DNA of 64,000 nt. It comes from an uncultured Actinomycetota bacterium. GTDB taxonomy: Bacteria; Actinomycetota; Actinomycetes; DATJPE01. Below are positions 50,581 through 59,865 of this stretch, one piece after another; within the stretch, counting starts at the first letter, position 1, and every line of letters starts with the position of its first letter. Location: positions 1,496,672 through 1,560,671 of the forward strand of contig CAVTPM010000015.1 in assembly GCA_963736655.1 (NCBI GenBank), written 5' to 3'. The notes under the pieces are model-generated. The model was not told the DNA's origin, made no database searches, and saw only the letters and a list, made by a program, of their open reading frames with translations. The position numbers were made by a program, and so were the translations under genes.

Positions 50581-51087
50581 TCACCCGCCGGCGGACCCGC
50601 CCTCTGCGAGCAGCGCGTCGGCGATCTGCTCGGCCCACTCGGTGACGGCCGCCCAGTCCCTGAAGTCACCCTCGGGTGCGTGGACGACGCGCACCATGGT
50701 GCGCTCGCCGATTCCGAGGTCCTTCTTGTCCAGGCTTCCCGCAAAGACACGGTGCTCGCGAGCCCCGACGGCGGCGATCTCGGCCGACAGGTCCGGCGCC
50801 TCCGCCGGAGTGGGCGGGTCACCGAGCGGTCCGCTCGAGAACAGCCACACCGGCCTTTCGACGAGCTGGGCGGCGTGTTCACGCAGGAAGGTCCGCGCCG
50901 GTTCCAGCCAGCGGCCCATGTAGACGGCGCTGCCCACGATGACCGCGTCCGCACCCGCGAGATCCGTGGGACCGCCCGCCTCCCGGACGGGAGCGACGAT
51001 CCCCCGTGCCTCGAGGGTGCGGGCCACGGCCTCGCCCAGGCCGGTGGTGGCGCCGTGCTTCGACGCCACCACCACCGGTACCAACAT
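50581..51087 (-). CDS. Flavodoxin-domain protein (HemG-like)
   Basis: ASKHGAT, GSAVYMGRW, WLFSSGPLG, GDFRDW. Confidence 0.88.
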   Translation of the reverse strand: MLVPVVVASKHGATTGLGEAVARTLEARGIVAPVREAGGPTDLAGADAVIVGSAVYMGRWLEPARTFLREHAAQLVERPVWLFSSGPLGDPPTPAEAPDLSAEIAAVGAREHRVFAGSLDKKDLGIGERTMVRVVHAPEGDFRDWAAVTEWAEQIADALLAEGGSAGG

Positions 51088-51127
51088 GTCGACGCTCCTT
51101 AGGTTCTGCCGGAGGCCGTCCCCTGCC

Positions 51128-51589
51128 CTAGGCGACGACGGGCCGACGACCCGCGACGCCCAGACCCCAGCCGATGATGACGAAGACAACACCGAGGCCG
51201 AAGGCGAGGGCGGCGACGCCGAACGCGACGACGGACGTGAACAGCGAGGCGCGAAGGAACGACGCGGTCATCGCCGTCTGGCGCAACGGGTCCTCACGGT
51301 CGAGCTCGGCGTAGGTCTTGCCGCCGGTCGCCTCGAGGTAGTGCTTCTCGATCATCGAGGCTTCTTGATAGGCGGTCAGCGGGCCATCGACGGCGTCGCC
51401 GGCCCAGCGGGGGGAGTCCTCGGAGACGGTGATGCGCTCGTCGGCCAGGCTCGACTGGACGGTGGTCCACGTGATCGCCCCGGAGATCATCAAGATCACA
51501 CCGGCGACGATCGTGATGATGGAGGCGACACGGACCTTGGTGCTCACGGTCTCGGTTCGCGCGGCTGGTGCTTCAGCGGTCGTGGTCAT
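51128..51589 (-). CDS. Conserved actinobacterial two-TM membrane protein
   Basis: DGPLTAY...HYLEATGGKTYAEL...SFLRASLFTSVVAFG. Confidence 0.75.
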   Translation of the reverse strand: MTTTAEAPAARTETVSTKVRVASIITIVAGVILMISGAITWTTVQSSLADERITVSEDSPRWAGDAVDGPLTAYQEASMIEKHYLEATGGKTYAELDREDPLRQTAMTASFLRASLFTSVVAFGVAALAFGLGVVFVIIGWGLGVAGRRPVVA

Positions 51590-51698
51590 GAGATGAACCC
51601 CTCGGGTCGTGACGGTTCTCTGCAGCCCCTTAGTTGAGGCTGCAACCAATGTCCCGGTCCGCAGCAGCTCCGGCATCGGGCGTTCGCCCCCACTTGTG

Positions 51699-51714
51699 CG
51701 GGACCTAGGTCCCG
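51699..51714. promoter_or_regulatory. DosR/DevR-like palindrome CGGGACCTAGGTCCCG
   Basis: Perfect 16-bp palindrome with a GGGAC-N4-GTCCC core. Confidence 0.55.
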
Positions 51715-51875
51715 GCTGTGGACTCGCTGAGCGAGCACAGAGGCGGCTCCCCTCAGCGCGCAGCACCCAGAGTCGCAGACAGCAGGCGTGCCCGTCGGCT
51801 CTGCTCTTGAGTGCCTGGCGGGTGAGGAAGTGTTTCCACAGAGCGTGATTCGTTGGGGACAAGCCCTGCGTGAGC

Positions 51876-51897
51876 TGTCGGTGGCACAGGCTAGAAT
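51876..51897 (+). promoter_or_regulatory. RecA-NDp/PafBC-type DNA-damage promoter
   Basis: TGTCGGTG-N8-TAGAAT, 7 nt before ATG 51905 (leaderless). Confidence 0.65.
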
Positions 51898-51904
51898 CAG
51901 TTGT

Positions 51905-53277
51905 ATGTTCGATGTGATCGACTCCGCGGGTGAGGCCTGCAGGGATGCCGAGGCTGAGGTCGTGGCCCGGGTCCTGGCGGCTGAGTCCTGGTTGCGGGCG
52001 GCTGGCCCGGAGGGTCCTTGCGGGGTGGGGTCGGTCGAGGGCCGGTTGCGGGCGCAGGCCGCGGCCGGGGAGGCGTTGACCCGGCGGGCGCAGGCGAGGA
52101 GCCTGCGGGCGGTCGCGGGTCTGGCCGAGGAGCTGCGGGCGCAGGACCTGTCCCGGGCCGGGGTCGGTGGGTCCCGGGTGGGTGAGTTCGTCGCCGATCA
52201 GGTCGCGGTGACTGCTGGGGGTGTCCCGGCGCAGCGCGGAGGTCCGGATCGAGGACGCGGTCGCGTTGACGTCGCGCCTCCCGAGGACGTTGGCGGCCCT
52301 GGAGGTCGGGATCGTGTCGTTGCCGGTCGCGCGGGTGCTGGCCCGGGAGACCGAGCACACCGATCCGGCCACCGCCGGGGAGGTCGAGGCCCGGGTGCTC
52401 GACACCCTCGGGCGTGGGGTCATCGACGGAGCTCGGTCGGCTCGACGGTGGAGGAGGTGCTGTTCGTGGGTGGGTTGCACCCCGACCGGGTGGCCCAGGT
52501 CGCCCCACGGGCCACCGCGGGGGTCGTGCGGTCCCTCGCGCGGCGGGCGGTGGCCGACCTGGACGCCGACGCGGTGCGTGCCCAGGCCGAGCGGGCCAGG
52601 GCCGGGCGGGACGTGGAGCTGATGCCCGGGCGGCCCGGGATGGTCTGGGTCGGTGCGCAGGTCCCCGAGGCCACCGGGTGCGCGATCTACCACCGCCTCG
52701 ACACCCAAGCCCGCGCCCAGTCCCGGTCCGAGGACGAGACCCGGACCCTGGGCCAGCTCCGCGCGGACCTGTTCACCGACCTCCTCCTCGGGCAGCGACG
52801 GTGCCGGCGGCCGCGGGCCGGTCGTGAACGTGGCTGTCACGATCGACCGGACCGGGCAGGTGACCGTCGACCACCTCGGCCCGGTCACCCCCGCGGCGGT
52901 CACCGACCTGATCGCGCTGGCCGCCCGCACCGGGGGTCGGGTGACCACCCGTGAGGTCGTCGAACGTGGCCTGCCCGGGTGTCCATGACGGGCCGGGGCG
53001 TTACCGGCCGTCCCCGGCGCTGGTCGCCGCGGTGATCGCCCGCGACCTGACCTGCCGGTTCCCCGGCTGCACCGTCCCGGCGACCCGGTGCGACCTCGAC
53101 CACACCATCCCGCACCCGCACGGCCCGACCTGCCTGTGCAACCTCAGCGCCCTGTGCCGACACCACCACCGCCTCAAGACCCACGGCGGGTGGACCCTCA
53201 CCCACCACGGCAACGGCCACTTCACCTGGCGCGACCCCACCGGCACCACCCACGACACCTGGCCCGGAGGACCCTGA
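51905..53277 (+). mobile_element. DUF222/13E12-type HNH endonuclease gene (several frameshifts)
   Basis: MFD start; LPRTLAALEVG, DETRTLGQLRADLFTDL, YRPSPAL...RDLTCRFPGC...CDLDH...NLSALCRHHHRLKT. Confidence 0.85.
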
Positions 53278-53353
53278 CGCTGACTCCGAGGGAGATGCCG
53301 GACACTCCCCCAGCACACCCGTCGAGCGGTCCTTCCAGACGGCCCACGTGCCC

Positions 53354-53371
53354 TTGGGACCTTCGCCCCTA
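53354..53371. promoter_or_regulatory. Second DosR-like box TTGGGACCTTCGCCCCTA
   Basis: GGGAC-N4-GCCCC core upstream of the 53428 gene. Confidence 0.45.
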
Positions 53372-53427
53372 CCTGCGACGAGCGGTGTCCCTCGACCATG
53401 GAGGGCGGACCTGAGGAGGTACCACCC

Positions 53428-53871
53428 ATGCCCTCGTCCGCGACGCGGACTCCCGCCACCCGCCGACGCCGCACGGGGACCGCGGTCTTCGCAGCTCTGA
53501 TCGCGCTGTCAGCGTGGGGCGGCGCCCTGGGACTGCTCACCGGCTTCCTGAGCCTGACTCCCGAGATCGATGCCCGACTGCCTTTCGGCAGCCCCGCCTT
53601 CGGAGGCCTCGCCCTGGCGTTCGTGGTCGCGCTGCCGACCACCGTGCTGGCCTGGTTCGCCTGGCACGGTGACCCGCGGACCGACCTGGCCGCCCTGGTC
53701 TCGGGAACCCTGGTCATCGGATGGATCGTCGTGGAGCTCGCCTTCATCCGGGAGCTCAGCTTCTTCCATCCCACGTACGTCCTGATCGGAGCCGCCCTGA
53801 TCTGGATCGGGCGGGCCGGAGTGACTGATCTTCGTGACCTGGTCAGGCGGCGATCCGCGAGCCCGAGGTGA
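53428..53871 (+). CDS. Four-TM hypothetical membrane protein
   Basis: GAGGAGG RBS; SAWGGALGL, LPFGSP, GWIVVE. Confidence 0.75.
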   Translation: MPSSATRTPATRRRRTGTAVFAALIALSAWGGALGLLTGFLSLTPEIDARLPFGSPAFGGLALAFVVALPTTVLAWFAWHGDPRTDLAALVSGTLVIGWIVVELAFIRELSFFHPTYVLIGAALIWIGRAGVTDLRDLVRRRSASPR

Positions 53872-53912
53872 CTCGAAGGAGGCGGCCGGACGTCTCTGCT
53901 TGACGCCAACGA

Positions 53913-54665
53913 CTACGCCGAGCTGGGAAGCCGCAGCCCGGTCATGCCGCCGTCGACCGTGAGGACGGTGCCTGTCGTCGACCCGGAGAGTGGGCTCCCG
54001 AGGTAGGCGATCGCCTGCGCGACCTCGTCGGCGGAGACCAGACGCCCCAACGGTTGCCGCGCCTTGAGCGCCTCAGCGGCGGCCTCGGGATCGGCGGCGC
54101 CCTCGAGCAGCCGGCCCACCCAGGGAGTGTCCGCAGTCCCAGGTGCGACCGCGTTGACCCTGATCCCCTCTCGCACGTGGTCAGCGGCCATCGCCAGCGT
54201 CAGCGCGAGCACCGCCCCCTTGCTCGCGGAGTAGAGAGCCCGGCTGGGGACGCCGAGGACCGCGACCACGGACGAGGTGTTGACGATCGCGGCGCGCGCA
54301 GAACGTCGCAGGTGCGGCAGCGCGGCCCTCGACACCCGGGCCATCCCGAGAACGTTGACGTCGAGCACGCGACGCCACTCGTCGTCGTCGTTGGCCGCGA
54401 CGTCCCCCGCGGCCCCGATGCCGGCGTTGTTCACCAGGACGTCCAGGCCACCGAGCTCGGCCACGACAGCCGCCACCGCCGCGTCGACCCCGGCGGTGTC
54501 CGTGACGTCGCAGACCACCGAGCACGCGACGACCTCGGCGTCCCCGGGCGTGAGGTCGAGCACCGCAACCCGGGCGCCCCGGCTGGCGAGGACACGAGCC
54601 GTCGCTGCCCCGATGCCGCTCGCCCCCCCGGTCACCACCGCGACCAGCCCGTCGTAGTCGGTCAT
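53913..54665 (-). CDS. SDR dehydrogenase (2-keto-3-deoxy-sugar-acid dehydrogenase-like)
   Basis: TGGASGIG, NNAGIG, YSASKG, PGTADTPWV, RQPLGRL. Confidence 0.88.
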   Translation of the reverse strand: MTDYDGLVAVVTGGASGIGAATARVLASRGARVAVLDLTPGDAEVVACSVVCDVTDTAGVDAAVAAVVAELGGLDVLVNNAGIGAAGDVAANDDDEWRRVLDVNVLGMARVSRAALPHLRRSARAAIVNTSSVVAVLGVPSRALYSASKGAVLALTLAMAADHVREGIRVNAVAPGTADTPWVGRLLEGAADPEAAAEALKARQPLGRLVSADEVAQAIAYLGSPLSGSTTGTVLTVDGGMTGLRLPSSA

Positions 54666-54687
54666 CTGGAGCTCCTCCCGGCCGGCT

Positions 54688-55701
54688 TCAGCGGCGCGGA
54701 TCGATGTGGATCTTCGGACCTGGTCCTACCCCGGGCACCCGCCCACCGGCTAGCGCCAGGCCCACCTCGTCGAGCCCGAGCGTCGCGGAGACCAGGGGCC
54801 GCGGGTCGACCCGACCGTCGGCGTAGTGCTCGATGGTGCCGTCCAGGCCGGGTGAGGCGCTGAGGATGCCCACCACGGTGACGTCCTTGAGGACGAGGTC
54901 ACGGGTGTCGACCGTGCTGGGTACCCCGGAGAGCCCGATGAGCACGACTCGGCCCCCGGGCTGCACGAGGGCGACGGCGAGCGACGGGATCTGCGGCGCG
55001 TAGGTGCAGTCGATGACGGCGTCGTACGGCAGGTCCGGCACCGCATCCGGCGCCCAGGCGTTCGCAAGACCCAGGCCGCGAGCGAACTCCAGGGAGTGCG
55101 CCGAACGTCCGACCAGGTGCACCTCCAGCCCGTCCGCGGCCGCGAACAGAGCCGCGAGGACCCCGATCGTGCCAGGCCCGTAGACGAGGACCCGTGATCC
55201 TGGGCCGAGACCGGTCGCCCAGACCGCGCGGAGGGCGTTCCCGCCCGGCTCGACCAGCGCGCCGGCGACCGCATCGACCGTGTCCGGCAGCCCGCGGAGT
55301 GCGCGGACGGGGACGAGCACCTGCTCGGCGAGCGCACCCGGCCAGCCGCCGCGGATGCCGATCTCGAACCGATCGACGCACACGTGCTGACGTCCGCTCA
55401 GGCACAGCCGGCAGCTCCCGCAGCCGAGCATCGTGTCGGCGGTGACCCGGCGACCCAGCCACGTGGTGTCGACGCCCTCCCCCACCGAGGCCACGGTCCC
55501 TGACCACTCGTGGCCGAGGCGCATCGGATAGCTCGCGTGTCCCTGATGGAGATAGGCCATCTCGCCCGTGAAGAACTCCACGTCGGTCCCGCACACACCG
55601 ACACGTTCGACGTCGACGACGACCTGCCCCGCGCCCGCGACGGGAGGAGCCACGTCGAGTACCTGACCCTCCCGCGGACCGGTGACGACGTACGCCCTCA
55701 C
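54688..55701 (-). CDS. Zn-dependent medium-chain dehydrogenase
   Basis: GVCGTD, GHEWSG, CGSCRLC...C, GPGTIG. Confidence 0.9.
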   Translation of the reverse strand: MRAYVVTGPREGQVLDVAPPVAGAGQVVVDVERVGVCGTDVEFFTGEMAYLHQGHASYPMRLGHEWSGTVASVGEGVDTTWLGRRVTADTMLGCGSCRLCLSGRQHVCVDRFEIGIRGGWPGALAEQVLVPVRALRGLPDTVDAVAGALVEPGGNALRAVWATGLGPGSRVLVYGPGTIGVLAALFAAADGLEVHLVGRSAHSLEFARGLGLANAWAPDAVPDLPYDAVIDCTYAPQIPSLAVALVQPGGRVVLIGLSGVPSTVDTRDLVLKDVTVVGILSASPGLDGTIEHYADGRVDPRPLVSATLGLDEVGLALAGGRVPGVGPGPKIHIDPRR

Positions 55702-55714
55702 CGAGGTCGGCCGA

Positions 55715-56576
55715 TCACGGTGCCGCCCTGACAACCTGACGCTGAGACCCCAGACCCTCGATGCCGAGCTCCATGACGTCGCCCGGCTCGAGGTAGACGG
55801 GAGGGCGCTGTCCCATGCCGACCCCCGGCGGGGTGCCCGTGTTGATGAGGTCTCCGGGCTCCAGCACCATGAACTGACTGAGGTAGTGGACGACGAACGT
55901 CGGCGAGAAGAGCATCGTCGCGGTCGATCCGTCCTGCCGCCGCACCCCGTTGACGTCGAGCCACATCGGGAGGGCCAGCACGTCGGCCACCTCGTCAGGC
56001 GTGACGAGGTACGGCCCGCAGGGGTTGAAGGTCTCCGCCGACTTGCCCTTCGACCACTGTCCGCCACGTTCGAGCTGGAAGGCGCGCTCGCTCACGTCGT
56101 TGACGACGACGTAGCCCGCGATGGCTGCGGCGGCCGCTGTCTCGTCCTCCAGGTAGCGGCATCGGGTCCCGATCACCACGCCCAGCTCGACCTCCCAGTC
56201 GGTCTTCACCGACCCACGCGGGATGAGCACGTCGTCCCGAGGACCGATCAACGTGTTCGGGGACTTGGTGAAGACGATCGGCTCCTCGGGCGCTGCCTGC
56301 CCGGTCTCAGCGGCGTGGTCGCTGTAGTTGAGACCGATGCAGAGGATCTGGTGGGGTCGCGCGATCGGCGCACCGATGCGGAGGCCGTCGAGCGGACGGG
56401 CTGACCCCGAAGCCAGCCTCTCGTCCACCTGGTCCTGGAGCTGCGCCACGCCCCCTCTCCCGAAGAACGCCTCGTCGAAGTCGCCGACCTACGTCGGAGA
56501 CGTCGACGTACGAGGCGTCGCCGACCAGGACGGCGGGCTTCTCCTGGCCGGCCGGACCGACGCGCATCAGCTTCAT
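55715..56576 (-). CDS. Fumarylacetoacetate-hydrolase family protein (frameshift near 56490)
   Basis: CIGLNY, DWEVELG, NDVSER, TGTPPGVG. Confidence 0.9.
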
Positions 56577-57505
56577 GAGAGCTCCGTGGGCGGGGTGGGG
56601 GCAGTGGTGTCCCGGACGGTCCCGGCGCGGCCGGCCCAACGACGGGTGGGGAGGCCCTCGGCGTCGACGGCAGCGATGAACAGCCGCCCGGACAGGGGGT
56701 AGAGCGAACGATCGTGCTCGCTGAGCTCGTCGCGCGCGGTGGTCACGAGCAGTCGGTCGCGAGCGGGGCCGACCAGGCAGACGCTGGTCACGTGCGGTGC
56801 CGGGACGCGGACGGCACCGACCTGCTCACCGGTGGGGGCGTAGCAGCGCACCTGCCCGCTCCCCCAGACCGCGATCCAGAGCCGACCCGCCGTGTCGACG
56901 CAGAGCCCGTCCGGAAGACCACCGGGGAACCCGTCGATCAATGCCTTCCAGGGTCCGACGACCCCGCTGGCCGCGTCGTAGGTCGCCGAGGAGACGACAC
57001 CCGGTTTGCTGTCCACGTGGTAGACGACGTCGCCGGCCGGTGACCAACCCAGACCGTTCGACAGGTTGAGCCCCCGCCGCAGGACCGTGGTCTCCCCCGA
57101 GTGCTCGACCCGGAACAGCTCCGCCGCCGCCTGGCGACCGTCCGTGGGGAGGCTCCCGACCACGAACCGCCCAGCCGGGTCACAGGAGCCGTCGTTGAGG
57201 CGTAGCGGAGTCGTCGGGTCGAGCAAGGAGGCGGCGATCGAACGCTCGCCGCTGCGCGGCACCACCAGCAGATCGTGGCGGGTTGCCACCAGCAACCCAC
57301 CGTCGACCGTGGGGACCGCGGCTCCCACCGTCGAGGGGAACGAGTGCACCTTCGTCAAGACGATCCCGGCGTCCCCGAGCTGGCCCTGGAAGACCTTGCC
57401 GGCCACGATGTCGATCCATGACACGGTGTCGGTCGCGTCGTCCCAGACCGGACCTTCCGCCAACTGGTACGTGACGTCGCCGTACAGCTCGGCATCGACG
57501 ATCAT
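56573..57505 (-). CDS. SMP-30/gluconolactonase family lactonase
   Basis: LAEGPVWD, RLNDG, SNGLGWS, PDGLCVD. Confidence 0.92.
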   Translation of the reverse strand: MIVDAELYGDVTYQLAEGPVWDDATDTVSWIDIVAGKVFQGQLGDAGIVLTKVHSFPSTVGAAVPTVDGGLLVATRHDLLVVPRSGERSIAASLLDPTTPLRLNDGSCDPAGRFVVGSLPTDGRQAAAELFRVEHSGETTVLRRGLNLSNGLGWSPAGDVVYHVDSKPGVVSSATYDAASGVVGPWKALIDGFPGGLPDGLCVDTAGRLWIAVWGSGQVRCYAPTGEQVGAVRVPAPHVTSVCLVGPARDRLLVTTARDELSEHDRSLYPLSGRLFIAAVDAEGLPTRRWAGRAGTVRDTTAPTPPTELS

Positions 57506-57553
57506 CGGCGCCCCGACGGCTCGTTACGCTGCGCCCTGTCCGGCAAGACCACC

Positions 57554-59315
57554 ATGTCTCGGAGCGTAGACCGCAGCACCGCGGCCGGAAGAGAGGTCCT
57601 CGTGCCACGTCGTAGCCAGGAGTGGTACGCCGGGTCGGACCGCAACGCCTACATCCACCGGGCGTGGATGCGGCGCGGGCTCCCTGCACACGCCTTCGAC
57701 GGGCGGCCGCACCTCGCGATCGCCAACACCGCGTCCGACCTCACCCCCTGCAACGCCCACCTCGACGAGGTCTCCGCCAGCGTCAAGCAGGGCATTTGGG
57801 AGGCCGGGGGCGTCCCCCTGAACCTCCCGGTGGTCTCGCTCGGAGAGACCCAGGTCAGACCCACCGCGATGCTGTGGCGCAACCTCGCCGCGATGGCGAC
57901 CGAGGAGATGCTCCGGGCCAACCCGATCGATGGCGTGGTTCTGCTCGGAGGCTGCGACAAGACGATCCCGTCACTGCTCATGGCTGCGGCGTCCGTCGAC
58001 CTGCCGGCCGTGGTCGTGCCCGGCGGCCCGATGCTCACCGGGACGTTCCGTGGTTCACCACTCGGCTGCGGCACCGACGTGTGGCGGCTCAGCGAGGAGG
58101 TGCGGGCCGGAACGCTGTCCGAGGACGACTTCCTGCGGTCCGAGTCCTCGATGATCCGCAGCCGCGGCCACTGCAACACGATGGGAACCGCGTCCACGAT
58201 GGCCTGCGTCGCCGAGGCCCTCGGCATGACGCTGCCGGGCATCGCCGGGACGCCCGCCCCCGACAGCCGACTCCTCGAGCAGGCTCACGCGACCGGCCGG
58301 CTCGCCGTGGAGCTCGTCGAGGCGGAGCGACGACCCAGCGCCGTGATGACGGCGGCCGCCTTCCGCAACGCGATCGTGGCGCTCGCGGCCGTCGGCGGGT
58401 CGACCAATGCTGTGGTGCACCTGCTGGCGATCGCTGGACGACTGGGGGTCGACGTCACCCTCGACGACTTCGATCGTTCAGGGGCGCGGCGTGCCCCTCC
58501 TCGTCGACCTGCAGCCTGCGGGTACCCACCTCATGGAGGACTTCCACCGGGCTGGCGGCCTGCTCGCGGTGCTCCGCGAGGTCCGGGATCTGCTCGACCC
58601 CACGGCGGTCACCGTCACCGGCCGCCCACTGGTCGACCATCTGCACGACGCGCAGATCTGGGACGAGACCGTGATCCGAACCCGCGCTCACCCGCTCCTG
58701 GCCGACGCCGGCATCGCCGTGCTTCGCGGCAACCTCGCCCCCGACGGTGCCGTCATCAAGACCGCCGCCGCCTCCGCCCACCTCCTGCAGCACCGAGGGC
58801 GGGCTGTCGTGTTCGACAGCGTCGAGGACCTCCACCACCGCATCGATGATCCGGACCTCGACGTCGACGCCGACAGCGTGCTGGTGCTCCGCGGGTGCGG
58901 ACCCAAGGGCTACCCGGGGATGCCCGAGGTCGCGAACCTGCCGCTGCCGAAGACGTTGCTGGCGCGAGGTGTTCGCGACGTCGTGCGGATCAGCGATGGA
59001 CGGATGAGCGGGACGGCGTACGGCACGGTCGTGCTGCACGTGTCGCCCGAGTCAGCGGCTGGCGGTCCGTTGGCCCGACTGCGAGACGGAGACCCGGTCG
59101 TGCTCGACGTGCCGGGCCGACGCCTCGACGTCGACCTACCCGCCCGAGTGTGGGCGGACCGCGAGCCTTCCCCGAGGGCCGCGGACGCCTACGCGGCACC
59201 GACCCGCGGCTGGGCCAGCCTCTACGTCGACCACGTGCTGCAGGCCGACCGAGGGGCCGACCTCGACTTCCTGGTCGGTGGCAGCGGCGACAGGGTCAGC
59301 CGCGAGTCGCACTGA
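57554..59315 (+). CDS. IlvD/Edd sugar-acid dehydratase, L-arabinonate-dehydratase-like (frameshift near 58485)
   Basis: PCNAH, GCDKT, GHCNTMGTASTM, GGSTN, GYPGMPE, SDGRMSGT, RESH C-terminus. Confidence 0.9.
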
Positions 59316-59322
59316 GCAACGC

Positions 59323-59772
59323 TCAGGCCCGGGCCTCCGCGGCGCGCAGCCGACCGGCCAGCACCTTCAGCATGGTCATGGCGACGGGCGGGTTCTGCTC
59401 GAGGATCGGGGCGAAGGCCCACGCGCTCAAGGCGAAGGCCGACAAGCCGCTCGGTCCGGCGATCACCGTCGCCGAGCGAGGTTCGCCATCGATGAGCGAC
59501 GTCTCACCGAAGTACTGTCCGGCCTCGAGGGTCACCCGATGGACGCCGTGGACCTGGACGTCGGCCTTCCCCTCTGTGATGAGGTAGAAGCAGACACCCT
59601 CGGGCGAGAAGGGTGCCCAGCCGCTCACGCTCGACCCCTCCTCGGTGACGTGGGCGCCTGGGGCGAAGGACGTCATCCGGCCCTCGGAGGCGATGTGCCG
59701 GAGCACCTTGTCGGACAGGCCTGCGAACAAGTCGACGGCGGCCAGCTGCTGCACGAGTGCGTCATCGCTCAT
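59323..59772 (-). CDS. Stand-alone cyclic-nucleotide-binding domain protein
   Basis: LFAGLS, GQYFGETSLIDGEPRSATV. Confidence 0.88.
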   Translation of the reverse strand: MSDDALVQQLAAVDLFAGLSDKVLRHIASEGRMTSFAPGAHVTEEGSSVSGWAPFSPEGVCFYLITEGKADVQVHGVHRVTLEAGQYFGETSLIDGEPRSATVIAGPSGLSAFALSAWAFAPILEQNPPVAMTMLKVLAGRLRAAEARA

Positions 59773-59865
59773 GGCGGTCAGGCTAGAGGACCGGGGACCC
59801 GCCGCGTGACCAGTTGCGCGCACCCGCGCGGGTCCGCGGCAAAGCGTCCGAGCCGAGCTCGAGTG

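Noticed and set aside
51895-51912. Full LexA/SOS box at the HNH start
   Set aside because: Only the GTTCGA half matches TCGAAC-N4-GTTCGA.
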